Source: Candidatus Methylomirabilia bacterium
GTDB lineage: Bacteria; Methylomirabilota; Methylomirabilia; Rokubacteriales; CSP1-6
Direction: 5' to 3'
Assembly: GCA_046758385.1 (NCBI GenBank)
Contig: JBHIAB010000002.1
Location: 1 to 53,932 of the forward strand
DNA: 53,932 bases
The translations under genes were made by a program, and so were the position numbers. This document shows positions 26,784 through 35,520 of the stretch, in pieces (position 1 is the stretch's first letter; every line of letters begins with the position of its first letter). The notes under the pieces were generated by a model. It saw only the letters and a list, made by a program, of their open reading frames with translations. It was not told the origin of the DNA and searched no databases.

Positions 26784-27953
26784 CTAATACGAGCGTGGCA
26801 GTCTCAGCACGTGCTCGGAGAGATAGTTGAGCACCATCTGCTGGGAGACCGGCGCGATCTTGTAGAGGCGGATCTCCCGCCAGAGCCGCTCCACGTAGAA
26901 TTCCTTGGCGTAGCCGAAGCCGCCGAAGGTCTGTAGCACTCTGTCACAGGCCTCGAAGCCGGCCTCCGCGGCCAGCAGCTTGGCGGTGTTGGCCTCGGGG
27001 CCGCAGGGGCGACCCTGATCGTACAGCCAGGCGGCCTTCCAGCACATCAGCTCCGCTGTCTCCAGCTTGGCCCACGCCTCAGCCAGGGGGTGAGCGATCG
27101 CCTGATTCTGTCCGATGGGTCGATCGAAGACGATGCGCTCTTTGGCGTACTGAACGCCCCGCTCCAGGGCCGCCTTGCCGATCCCCACGGCCTCGATGGC
27201 CGTCAGGATCCGCTCGGGGTTCAGCGAATCGAGGAGGTGGTAAAACCCCTCCCCAACCTGGCCCACCACGTCCTCCTCGGGAGCTTCCAGATCCTCGATG
27301 AACAGCTCGTTGGAATCCACGGCGGCCCGGCCCAGCTTCTCGATCTCTCGCACGGCGATCCGGGATCGATCGAAGTCGGTGAAGAAGAGCGTCATTCCCT
27401 TGAACGGCCGGCCTGCGGTCTCTTCGCGCGGCGTGGTGCGGGCCAAAAGCAGGATCTTGGTGGCGTGCTGAGCGTTGGTGTTCCAGACCTTGTGCCCGTT
27501 GATGATCCACCGATTCCCGCGCTTCTCGGCGCGAGTCTGAATTCGCGAGGTGTCCGTGCCCGCGTTGGGCTCGGTCACGCCGAAGGACATGACGATCTCG
27601 CCGGTGGTGATCTTCGGGAGATTCTCCTGCTTGAGGCCCTCGCTCCCGTGCTTGATCAGCGGAAGCGGGGGGAAAACGTAGAAATGAATCGGGGAGGCCC
27701 CGCTAGTCCCCGCCCCCGAGGCGCAGATCTCGTGGAGCAGGATCGAGGCTTCGGTGACACCGAGCCCGGAGCCGCCGTACTGCTCGGGCACGATGATCCC
27801 GAGCCAGCCGTTCCTGGCGAAGGCGTCGATGAACTCCTGGGGGTACTCGGCCTTCCGATCCTTGTCGAGCCAGTAGTCCAATGAGAAGGAGCGCGCCAGG
27901 GCCGCGACTTCCTTCCGAATCATCTCTTGCTGCTCGGTCAGCGCGAAGTCCAT
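26784..27953 (-). CDS. acyl-CoA dehydrogenase
   Basis: Start MDFALTE at 27953. FGVTEPNAGTD, INGHKVWNT, FDRPIGQNQ and FGGFGYAKE. Confidence 0.95.
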   Translation of the reverse strand: MDFALTEQQEMIRKEVAALARSFSLDYWLDKDRKAEYPQEFIDAFARNGWLGIIVPEQYGGSGLGVTEASILLHEICASGAGTSGASPIHFYVFPPLPLIKHGSEGLKQENLPKITTGEIVMSFGVTEPNAGTDTSRIQTRAEKRGNRWIINGHKVWNTNAQHATKILLLARTTPREETAGRPFKGMTLFFTDFDRSRIAVREIEKLGRAAVDSNELFIEDLEAPEEDVVGQVGEGFYHLLDSLNPERILTAIEAVGIGKAALERGVQYAKERIVFDRPIGQNQAIAHPLAEAWAKLETAELMCWKAAWLYDQGRPCGPEANTAKLLAAEAGFEACDRVLQTFGGFGYAKEFYVERLWREIRLYKIAPVSQQMVLNYLSEHVLRLPRSY

Positions 27954-28102
27954 ATCCCACTCCCGACGACCCGCCCGCACGGCAGGTGTCCGCTGAGAAA
28001 TGGCCCCTTCCGGGCCCACATGCCTCAAGGCACCCCGAGTATAGCCGCAAAGCCGAGGCGTCGGAAAGTCCCGCCCGCGCTCACGGAACCGGGCGCGGAG
28101 GG

Positions 28103-28131
28103 TTGGCAAGGCGAACACCCTGTGCCATAAT
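28103..28131 (+). promoter_or_regulatory. sigma70 promoter giving a probable leaderless mRNA
   Basis: TTGGCA (28103-28108), 17 nt, CATAAT (28126-28131) with an extended TG. The ATG lies 7 nt downstream and has no SD. Confidence 0.65.
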
Positions 28132-28138
28132 CCGCAGC

Positions 28139-28894
28139 ATGGCGGTCAGGGCCTTATACGCGTTCCAGAACGGGTTCATGGGGCTCGAGCGTAACGGGCT
28201 CTTCTACGGCGAGCGCTCCGGGGAGCGGGTGCAGATTCCCATCGCCTGCTATCTCGTGAAAACCTCCGATGGATCCATCCTCTTCGACACCGGCCTTTCG
28301 CCGCGCGCGGTGCCTGGCCTGCTCAGGAACGACCCTCTAGCCCGCTTCACCGATCAGGACCTCCTGGTCCACCGGCTCGGCTCCATCGGGCTCAAGCCTG
28401 ACGCCGTGGACACGGTGGTCATCTCCCACCTGCACTACGATCACGCCGGGGGCGCCTTTCTCTTCCCCAAGTCCGAGCTGATCGTCCAGCAGGACGAGTA
28501 TGCCTACGCTCACTACCCGGCCTCCTTCTTCTCGTCGATGTACTACCGGAAGAACTTCGACCTTCCCGGCTACCGTTGGCGGCTCATCGAGGGGGACCTC
28601 GAGCTGGTTCCAGGAGTGACCGCGCTCCGGACTGACGGCCACACCCCGGGCCACCAGTCGCTCCTCGTCGAGCTCCCCGAGTCCGGGCCGATTATCCTGG
28701 CGGGCGACTCGTGCTACTGGCAGGAGCACATTGACCAGGAGCGCGTCCCCGGCGTGGTCTGGAATCCGACCCTGGCCCTCTACTCCATCAAGCGGCTGAA
28801 GACGCTCGCGCGTTTGGTGAACGGTCGGATCTTCCCCAACCACGACCCTGTGTTCTGGAAAACCGTGCGGCAAGCCCCCGACTGCTACCGGTGA
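28139..28894 (+). CDS. metallo-beta-lactamase fold N-acyl-homoserine lactonase family protein
   Basis: SHLHYDHAGG (HxHxDH), GHTPGHQS, AGD and HD motifs of AiiA-like lactonases. Confidence 0.88.
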   Translation: MAVRALYAFQNGFMGLERNGLFYGERSGERVQIPIACYLVKTSDGSILFDTGLSPRAVPGLLRNDPLARFTDQDLLVHRLGSIGLKPDAVDTVVISHLHYDHAGGAFLFPKSELIVQQDEYAYAHYPASFFSSMYYRKNFDLPGYRWRLIEGDLELVPGVTALRTDGHTPGHQSLLVELPESGPIILAGDSCYWQEHIDQERVPGVVWNPTLALYSIKRLKTLARLVNGRIFPNHDPVFWKTVRQAPDCYR

Positions 28895-28946
28895 GGTCAC
28901 ACCCGCCACCACCATGCGGGGGGGAGACATCCTAAAGGAGAGCTCA

Positions 28947-30146
28947 ATGCCTGGAGTCCTTGACGGTATCAAGATCCTGGAGCTCGCGCGGGTGGCCCCG
29001 GGCGAGTTCTGCACCATGATGCTGGCCGACATGGGGGCCGAGGTGCTGAAGATCGAAACACCACCCTCAGACGGTGAACCTCAGCCTCAGGACGAAAAGC
29101 GCCGAGCGGCCCATGTCTTCGTCAACCGGAACAAGCGGTCAATGACGCTGAACCTCAAGGCCCCCGAAGGCCAAGCCATCTTCCAGCGGTTGGCTGCCAA
29201 CGCCGATGTGATCGTCGAGGGCTTCCGACCCGGCGTCACGAAGCGCCTCGGCGGCGACTACGAAACGATCAAGCGCCTGAACTCGCGCATCATCTACTGC
29301 TCGCTGTCGGGATTCGGCCAGGACGGCCCCTACAGAGACTATCCCGCCCACGACCTCAACTACCTCTCCCTGGCCGGCGTCCTCGGGCTCATCGGTGACC
29401 CATACCAGAAGCCGGCGATTCCACTGAACATCATCGCCGACTACGGCGGGGCCAGTCTCCACGGCGCCCTCGGCATCGTCCTGGCCCTCTTCGCCCGCGA
29501 GCGCACCGGGAAAGGACAGATGGTGGATGTCGCCTACCTGGACACCACCCTCTCCCTTCTCGCCGCCACTCCCGCGTTATGGGCTCTCTTCAGCGACGGC
29601 CTGGCCCCGCGCCGAGGGGGAGGCTTCCTCGGCGGCTCCTATCCGTACTACGCCGTGTACGACACCAAAGATCGGAAGCTCCTCACCATCGGCTGCACCG
29701 AGCCCTGGCTCTGGGAGAACTTCTGCAAGGCGATCAACCGCCCGGAGCTCGCCAAATACGCCCGGAAGCCCGACCAGTTCGTCCGCGCTGCCAACGCCGA
29801 AGAGGTCCGGGCACGCGAGGAGATCGAAGCCATCATCCGGACCAGGACGCGGGATGAGTGGTACGACTTCCTGGTCAAGCACGACGTCTGTGTGGGGAAG
29901 GTTCACGACGTCGAGGAGGTGGTTAAGGATCCGCAAGTCCAGCACCGCCAGATGGTGGTGGAGACCGAGCACCCGGAGGTCGGCAAGGTGAAGCAGTTCG
30001 GGGTCGCCATCAAGCTGTCGGAGACGCCGGGCTCGGTTCGCCGCGCGTCCCCCTACCGGGGCGAGCACACCGACGAGGTGCTCCGGAGCCTCGGGATGGC
30101 AGCCCAGGAGATCCAGACGCTCAAAGAGAAAAAGGTCGTCGCCTGA
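28947..30146 (+). CDS. CaiB/BaiF family III CoA-transferase
   Basis: LADMGAEVLKIE, NRNKRS, EGFRPG, GFGQDGPY and HDLNY. SD AAGGAG. Confidence 0.95.
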   Translation: MPGVLDGIKILELARVAPGEFCTMMLADMGAEVLKIETPPSDGEPQPQDEKRRAAHVFVNRNKRSMTLNLKAPEGQAIFQRLAANADVIVEGFRPGVTKRLGGDYETIKRLNSRIIYCSLSGFGQDGPYRDYPAHDLNYLSLAGVLGLIGDPYQKPAIPLNIIADYGGASLHGALGIVLALFARERTGKGQMVDVAYLDTTLSLLAATPALWALFSDGLAPRRGGGFLGGSYPYYAVYDTKDRKLLTIGCTEPWLWENFCKAINRPELAKYARKPDQFVRAANAEEVRAREEIEAIIRTRTRDEWYDFLVKHDVCVGKVHDVEEVVKDPQVQHRQMVVETEHPEVGKVKQFGVAIKLSETPGSVRRASPYRGEHTDEVLRSLGMAAQEIQTLKEKKVVA

Positions 30147-30285
30147 CCCCGCGGCCCGGACCCACCCCGCCGCCGCGCTCCGTCCAGGAGATCTCACATT
30201 CACGCTCCTGACGTGGCCACCGGCGGCACCCGACGCACCCGAAGAAGGCGTCTGCCCCCACCCGCCGACGTCAACTCTCTGCCTG

Positions 30286-30465
30286 ATGGACATCTATCGA
30301 TGCGAGGCTAACGGCGACTTCGACCCTGTCCTTGTCTCTGGCGTCGTGCTCACGATGGACCGGGGCGCCCACTCGGATAGCGCCGACACTTCCGTGACCA
30401 GCAGGTTCGGGAACTTTGGACCTGAGGGGAGGAACTATGAGGAAAACTGGAAGCCAACCGCCTAG
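30286..30465 (+). pseudogene. 59-aa ORF / probable 3' remnant of an integron-type cassette gene
   Basis: MDIYRCEANGDFD...GRNYEENWKPTA*. The stop TAG lies inside the R''-like box of the adjacent attC-like site. Confidence 0.35.
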
Positions 30466-30555
30466 CCCGCGGCTTAAGACTGATGCCGAACCAGTTAGCG
30501 CTGGTGGAGGGCACTTTTGAAGTGTTCGGCGCAGCTTAGCTGTCATCCATTATCT
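30460..30555 (+). mobile_element. degenerate integron attC-like site
   Basis: R''-like GCCTAGC, 5 nt, L'' GCTTAAGA, arm CTGATGCCGAAC pairing with GTTCGGCGCAGCTTAGC via extrahelical bases, then R'-like ATTAT. Layout resembles VCR-type attC. Confidence 0.6.
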
Positions 30556-30569
30556 CTCCAACGCGAGAC

Positions 30570-30608
30570 TTGACTCGTATGTCAGAATAATACATATTGA
30601 TGCATATG
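30570..30608 (+). promoter_or_regulatory. vapBC promoter with operator inverted repeats (leaderless)
   Basis: TTGACT (30570-30575), 17 nt, CATATT (30593-30598), with the ATG at 30606. IRs are CATAT-N6-ATATG and TATGT-N9-ACATA. Confidence 0.6.
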
Positions 30609-30806
30609 AGGACTACACTGAACATCGATGACTCGCTTCTGCGCCGGGCGGCCAAGCTCACCGGCGTCAAGGAGAAGACTTCGCTGGTTCGCTTAGGGCT
30701 CGAGGCGTTGGTGGCCCGAGAGAGTGCACGGCGCCTTGCCGAGCTCGGCGGGACCGAGAAGCGGCTCCGCCCCGTTCGCAGACGGCGACCGGGCAGGGCT
30801 GCGTGA
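30606..30806 (+). CDS. vapB: type II TA antitoxin, VapB family (RHH)
   Basis: MRTTLNIDDSLL...KTSLVRLGLEALV. GTGA overlap with vapC. Confidence 0.9.
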   Translation: MRTTLNIDDSLLRRAAKLTGVKEKTSLVRLGLEALVARESARRLAELGGTEKRLRPVRRRRPGRAA

Positions 30807-31159
30807 CTCTCGTCGACACCTCAGTCTGGATCGAACATTTGCGAGCCGGCAGCGGACGCTTGAGATCTCTGCTATTTGATGAGCAGGTTCTCTGTCATCC
30901 GTTTGTCGTTGGCGAGTTAGCCTGTGGAGACCTGCGGAATAGGGAGGAAGTGCTTGGCTTACTGGCCGCCCTGCCCGAAGCTCGCGTTGCAGAGCATGAA
31001 GAGGCTTTGCATCTGTTAGAGTTGGAGCGGCTCTCCAGCCGAGGGCTGGGCTGGATCGACGTGCATCTGCTGGCGTCGGCACTCCTCACTGGCTGTTCAC
31101 TGTGGACTCTTGACGGGCCTCTCCGGAGGGCAGCGGCTGCTCTAAAGGTCTCCGCTTAA
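30803..31159 (+). CDS. vapC: type II TA toxin, VapC PIN ribonuclease
   Basis: LVDTSVWI, VVGEL, IDVHLLASA and LWTLD, the complete PIN acidic set. Confidence 0.92.
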   Translation: MTLVDTSVWIEHLRAGSGRLRSLLFDEQVLCHPFVVGELACGDLRNREEVLGLLAALPEARVAEHEEALHLLELERLSSRGLGWIDVHLLASALLTGCSLWTLDGPLRRAAAALKVSA

Positions 31160-31491
31160 CCCATGGCCCCGTATCCTGGCTCTCCCGTAACCTGGGGCTA
31201 TGCGGGGGACGCTATCCTCGACGCAGAGACGGGCAGGGACGAGACGACAGCAGTCCGGCCCTCCCTCCGCCGTGGGCCGGAAGGGCCGAGAAGGGCCTTT
31301 GTGTTGGCTATGCTCTTAACGCCAGTCGTTTCTCCTTTGGCGCGCGTATTCCTCCGGGGTGCTCGCCCCTCCAGGGAGGCAAAGCCCCGCCGCCAAAGGA
31401 AGGAAATCGCTTCGATGACACCGGCCGGAGAGGGGCAAGTCAAGAGCGTTTCGTGAGGGCGTGCTACAATGGCCGAAGCTTGGAGGGGAAG

Positions 31492-31863
31492 GTGGGCGCG
31501 TTTCAGGTCGAGGTCACGGTAAAAAACTTTCGGGAGCCGGGCCGGAGCCAAACTTTATCGGTCGTGGTGGACACCGGCGCCACCTACATGACGTTGGCCC
31601 GAGACGTGATGGAGGCTCTTGGTTGCCAACCCATCGGCAGTCGACGGGTCTTGTTGGCCGACGGGCGCGAAGAGGAGTGGCCTGTTGCCGCGGTGTTGCT
31701 TACCCTGGAGGGACAAGAAGGGCCCACGTTCTGCCTGATCGGCCCGAACGGAGGTCCGACCCTCCTCGGCGCGGTGACCTTGGAGGAATTCGCCCTGGGT
31801 GTCGACCCGGTCGCGAAGCGGCTGGTGCCCGTCCGAAGCTACCTGACCTGTTCGGTGGCCTGA
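31492..31863 (+). CDS. clan AA (retropepsin-like) aspartic protease
   Basis: GTG at 31492 with SD GGAGG. VDTGAT, LADGR and LLGAVTLEEF...VDP. An extended -10 TGCTACAAT lies at 31462-31470. Confidence 0.88.
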   Translation: MGAFQVEVTVKNFREPGRSQTLSVVVDTGATYMTLARDVMEALGCQPIGSRRVLLADGREEEWPVAAVLLTLEGQEGPTFCLIGPNGGPTLLGAVTLEEFALGVDPVAKRLVPVRSYLTCSVA

Positions 31864-31958
31864 CCCGGGTCAGCGGAACCGGGACATCACCTTCCAGGCG
31901 AACAGTTCCGGGTTGTCGAGCACCTGCTCGTGGGGCGCGAGACCCTGGTTAGCGCGGG

Positions 31959-32717
31959 CTATCCGCGGACGTAGGACCCGCCGCTGATGCAGAAGATTTC
32001 ACCCGTGATGTAGGCCGAGTCGTCGCTCGCCAGGAAAAGGGCCAGGTTCGCCACCTCGGCGGGCTCGCCGAGACGCCCGAGAAGGGCCTGTTCTTTCCGC
32101 GCCTCGAAGTAACCGGGCGGATAGATCCGCGAGAGGAACTCGTTGTAGATCACCCCCGGAGCAATGGCGTTGGCGCGGATCTCGTGCTTGCTGCACTCGG
32201 CGGCCACCGCCCGGGTGAACGCCATGATTCCGGCCTTCGCCGCACAGTAGTGCGCCTGACCGGCATCGGACGCCATCCACCCCGCGATGGAGGCCATGTT
32301 GACGACGGTGCCCCGCCGCTGCCGGATCATGTGGGGTAACACGGCGCGGGTCACGTAGAAGGTGCCGGTGAGACAGACGTTCAGGACGAGGTTCCACGTC
32401 TCATCCGACATCTCCCACACCGGCTCCAGCTTGTTGATCCCGGCGTTGTTGAAGAGGATGTCGATCCGCCCGAAGCGCTCCGCCGTGGCCTGGACCATGG
32501 CCTCCACCTGGTCTTTGCGGGTCACATCCACCCCGAACGCCGGCACCTCGCGGCCGTAGTCCTTCTGCATCTTCGCGGCCACCTCTTGCACCCGCCTGGC
32601 ATGGGCGTCGGAAATCACGACCTGCGCCCCTTCCTCTGCGAAGCGCCGCGCCACCGCCTGCCCGATCCCCGCCCCCGCCGCCGCCGTCACGATCGCTACC
32701 CGATCCGTGAGCTTCAT
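31959..32717 (-). CDS. SDR oxidoreductase (IpdF/Rv3559c-like N-terminus)
   Basis: TAAAGAGIG, VVISDAHARR, NNAG and YCAAK. SD AAGGAGG. Confidence 0.92.
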   Translation of the reverse strand: MKLTDRVAIVTAAAGAGIGQAVARRFAEEGAQVVISDAHARRVQEVAAKMQKDYGREVPAFGVDVTRKDQVEAMVQATAERFGRIDILFNNAGINKLEPVWEMSDETWNLVLNVCLTGTFYVTRAVLPHMIRQRRGTVVNMASIAGWMASDAGQAHYCAAKAGIMAFTRAVAAECSKHEIRANAIAPGVIYNEFLSRIYPPGYFEARKEQALLGRLGEPAEVANLALFLASDDSAYITGEIFCISGGSYVRG

Positions 32718-32759
32718 CTCGCCCTCCTTGGCCGCCCGCGTGTGGATGCAACCTCCCAC

Positions 32760-32888
32760 TCACTCCCCGCGGAAGGCCGGCCTGCGCTTCTCAAGCATCG
32801 CCGTATTCAGCGCGTTGCGCTTCTCCGGGCGATTCAGCTTCACCGTCGCGATGCCACCCTGAATCGAACACAGGATTTCGTCTGCCAT
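32760..32888 (-). pseudogene. truncated enoyl-CoA hydratase, 42 aa
   Basis: Strong SD GGAGGAG, then MADEILCSIQGGIATVKLNRPEKRNALNTAMLEK, then a stop after 9 unrelated codons. Confidence 0.75.
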
Positions 32889-32997
32889 CTACTCCTCCAC
32901 TCCCGACGAAGGCCGGGCAGTCCCTACCGCGCCTCGAGGGCGTGGTCGACCAAGCGTCGGTGGGGGCGAGGGAACGGTCGCGCTCGCTTCCTCAAAC

Positions 32998-33891
32998 CTA
33001 CGAACGCGGAGGCGGCCAGAGGATCCCCAGCGCGTCGAAGCGGCGCAGCCGATCCTGACCGAGCGCAGTGTCGTAGACGTCCGCGAGCGCCTCCGGAGTC
33101 CACCCCTCGCGGCTGGTGACCGCCCGCAGCGGCGCTGGGTGCGACCAGAGGCTCACTTGGTTGCCGCGCACGTGAATGACCTGGCCGGTCACGTGGCCCG
33201 CCCGGTCGCTGGCGAGGAACGCCACGACCGGCGCCACTGCCTCGGGCGGAGCCGCCGCCTGGCCCCTTCGCGCGTCCGGCAACCGTTCGGTCATTCGCGT
33301 CTCGGCGGTCGGCGACACGCAGTTGACCGTGACGCCGTATTTCGCCATGGCCAGCGCCGTCGAGCGCGTGAGCCCGACGATTCCCCCTTTCGCCGCCGAG
33401 TAGTTCGGCTGACCCGGGCTCCCCTCGAGCCCGGCAGTGGAGGTAAACGTAATGATGCGCCCACGACGCTGTTCACGCATGTGACGAGTCGCGGGCCGCA
33501 TGACGGTAAAGTGGCCCTTCAAGTGGACGGCGACCACCGCGTCCCACTCCTCCTCGCTCATGTTGAAGATCATCCGTTCCCGGAGGATCCCGGCGCAGCA
33601 GACGAGAACGTGGAGGCCCCCGAACCGCCTGAGCGCGGTGTCGATGATAGCTTGCCCACCGGCCGTGGTCGCGACGCTCTCGACATTCGCCGCCGCCTGC
33701 CCGCCCAAGGCCTCGATCTCCTTCACCACCACCTGGGCCGGTGCGCTCGATGGCTCCCGGCCGTGCACCGTCACGCCGTAGTCGTTGACGACGACCTTCG
33801 CTCCTGCGCGGGCGAGCCCGAGGGCGACGGCGCGGCCGATGCCGTTCCCGGCGCCGGTGACCACCGCCACCTTTCCGTCCAAGAGCCCCAT
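32998..33891 (-). CDS. SDR 3-hydroxyacyl-CoA dehydrogenase-like (MFE-2/Rv3548c type)
   Basis: TGAGNGIG, VVVNDYG, AGILR, VHLKGHF and NYSAAK. Confidence 0.92.
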   Translation of the reverse strand: MGLLDGKVAVVTGAGNGIGRAVALGLARAGAKVVVNDYGVTVHGREPSSAPAQVVVKEIEALGGQAAANVESVATTAGGQAIIDTALRRFGGLHVLVCCAGILRERMIFNMSEEEWDAVVAVHLKGHFTVMRPATRHMREQRRGRIITFTSTAGLEGSPGQPNYSAAKGGIVGLTRSTALAMAKYGVTVNCVSPTAETRMTERLPDARRGQAAAPPEAVAPVVAFLASDRAGHVTGQVIHVRGNQVSLWSHPAPLRAVTSREGWTPEALADVYDTALGQDRLRRFDALGILWPPPRS

Positions 33892-33900
33892 CTTCTCCTC

Positions 33901-35370
33901 CTACTCTCCGGCCGCGTGGATCCCGGCCAGGCGACCGAACACCGCGCCGGCGACGAGACCACTGCCGCCCGGATAGTTCATGTAGAACAAACCGCCCACC
34001 ATCTCGCCACACGCGTAGAGACCGGGGATCGGCTGCCAGGCAGTGCTCAGGACCTGGGCCCGCTCGTTCACCCGAATGCCACCGAAGGTGAAGGTAATCC
34101 CACAAGTCACCGGATAGGCGGCATACGGGGGCGTGTCCAGCCTCTGCGCCCAGTTCGACTTCGGCAGGGCCAGCCCCTTTGTCGCGACTCCGTCACGCTC
34201 GGAGGGGTCGAAGCGGCCCGGGACCACCGCAGCGTTGCACTCCTCCAAAGTCTCCAGCGCCGCTGCTCGGTCAACGGGGAGCTGCCTGACGAGGTCTTCC
34301 AGCGAGTCCGCCACGATCGGCGTCCGCGTGCGGTACCGCGCTTCCAGGAGCGGGGTGACCTTGGCATCAAAGAGCTGGAAGGCAAGCCCCCGAGGTTGGT
34401 TCAGGATCGCTGCCCCGTACTTGGCGTACGTGTAGAATTGGAAGTCCTCGCCCTCGTCCACGAAGCGCCGTCCTTGAAGATTCAACATCACGCCGAGCGT
34501 GTAGGAGAGGCGGTTGGTCTTATCCGTCAGCCGGCGATCACCGTAGGGGGGCGCGTCAGCATCGATCGGCGTCGCGTGAGCCCCCGTCCACTGGCCGTGC
34601 GGAAGCGCCCCGACCTCCACAGCCGTCCGGAGGCCGTCGCCCGTGTTAAATCGTGTGCCCCGCACCTTCACCAGGTCCCAGGGTCGCCCGAGATACCGGG
34701 CGCGCCACTCGGGGTTGGCCTCGAAGCCACCGCACCCAAGCACCACCGCGCGTGCCGTAATGTCCTCGAACCCGTCGGGCCCCTTGACCGTGACCCCGGT
34801 CACCCGGCTGCGGCGATCCTGGAGGAGGCGTACCGCATGGCTCTCGTAACGGACCTCGATGCCCCGCCGGCCGACGATGTCGAACCACATGCGTGAGAGC
34901 CCCACACCCTCGCCGCGGGCGCGGAGAACAGCTCCGGACGGCCACTTGACAGCGCCATCCACCGTGACCCCGCTCAGCGAGACGGCGGGCTCCAGCTCGA
35001 TCCCCTGCGCCACCATCCATCTCACGGTGGTCTGGGAGCGCCGAATGAGAATGTCGGCCAGCTCTGGCTCCGACCGGTTCTCGGTCACTCGCATGAGGTC
35101 GCCCAGGAACCGCGCCTCCGGGTAGGGTTCGGCTCCGGCGAGGACACCGAGCTCGCCTCGGGCGGCCTGGGGCAGGAGTGGGAGGAGATCGGCGGCGCCA
35201 TCGAAGGCGAAGCGCAGGAGCCCGCCGCTGTAATGGGTGTTGCCACCGCGTAGTTCCTCGGACGCCTTCTCGAGGACCAGCACTCGCCCGGCGCCCTGCT
35301 CACGCGCGGAGACAGCAGCCGCGAGAGCCGCGTTCCCCGCTCCCACCACCACCACATCGTAGCCGGCCAT
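33901..35370 (-). CDS. FAD-dependent tricarballylate dehydrogenase TcuA-like flavoprotein
   Basis: VGAGNAAL, RGGNTHYSGG, GGFEANPEWR, RGTRFNTGDG, TFTFGG and GLYACGEMVGG. Confidence 0.88.
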   Translation of the reverse strand: MAGYDVVVVGAGNAALAAAVSAREQGAGRVLVLEKASEELRGGNTHYSGGLLRFAFDGAADLLPLLPQAARGELGVLAGAEPYPEARFLGDLMRVTENRSEPELADILIRRSQTTVRWMVAQGIELEPAVSLSGVTVDGAVKWPSGAVLRARGEGVGLSRMWFDIVGRRGIEVRYESHAVRLLQDRRSRVTGVTVKGPDGFEDITARAVVLGCGGFEANPEWRARYLGRPWDLVKVRGTRFNTGDGLRTAVEVGALPHGQWTGAHATPIDADAPPYGDRRLTDKTNRLSYTLGVMLNLQGRRFVDEGEDFQFYTYAKYGAAILNQPRGLAFQLFDAKVTPLLEARYRTRTPIVADSLEDLVRQLPVDRAAALETLEECNAAVVPGRFDPSERDGVATKGLALPKSNWAQRLDTPPYAAYPVTCGITFTFGGIRVNERAQVLSTAWQPIPGLYACGEMVGGLFYMNYPGGSGLVAGAVFGRLAGIHAAGE

Positions 35371-35520
35371 TCGTCCTATCTCTTCACTTCGTTCAGCCCG
35401 GCTGATCACGACGTAGAAGCACAGCGACGGTTAGGCCGCAGCCGGGTGCGCAGCCACGCAACGCCTCCGGTGACCCACTTGCGGCCCGAGGCCCCCTCTC
35501 CCTGAACCTTCAGGTTGCCG

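Noticed and set aside
26673-26936. C-terminal extension of the PIN ORF
   Set aside because: It is translation through hairpin/REP DNA and antisense to the acyl-CoA dehydrogenase, and is not protein-like.
31154-31205. Second attC after vapC (GCTTAAC plus hairpin)
   Set aside because: An R''-like box is present but there is no L''/L' pattern or correctly placed GTTRRRY.
33139-34896. 585-aa plus-strand ORF, and similar long ORFs at 21079-22413, 42130-43419, 36611-37867 and 8382-9554
   Set aside because: These are antisense shadows of well-supported genes, expected in high-GC DNA, with no protein motifs.
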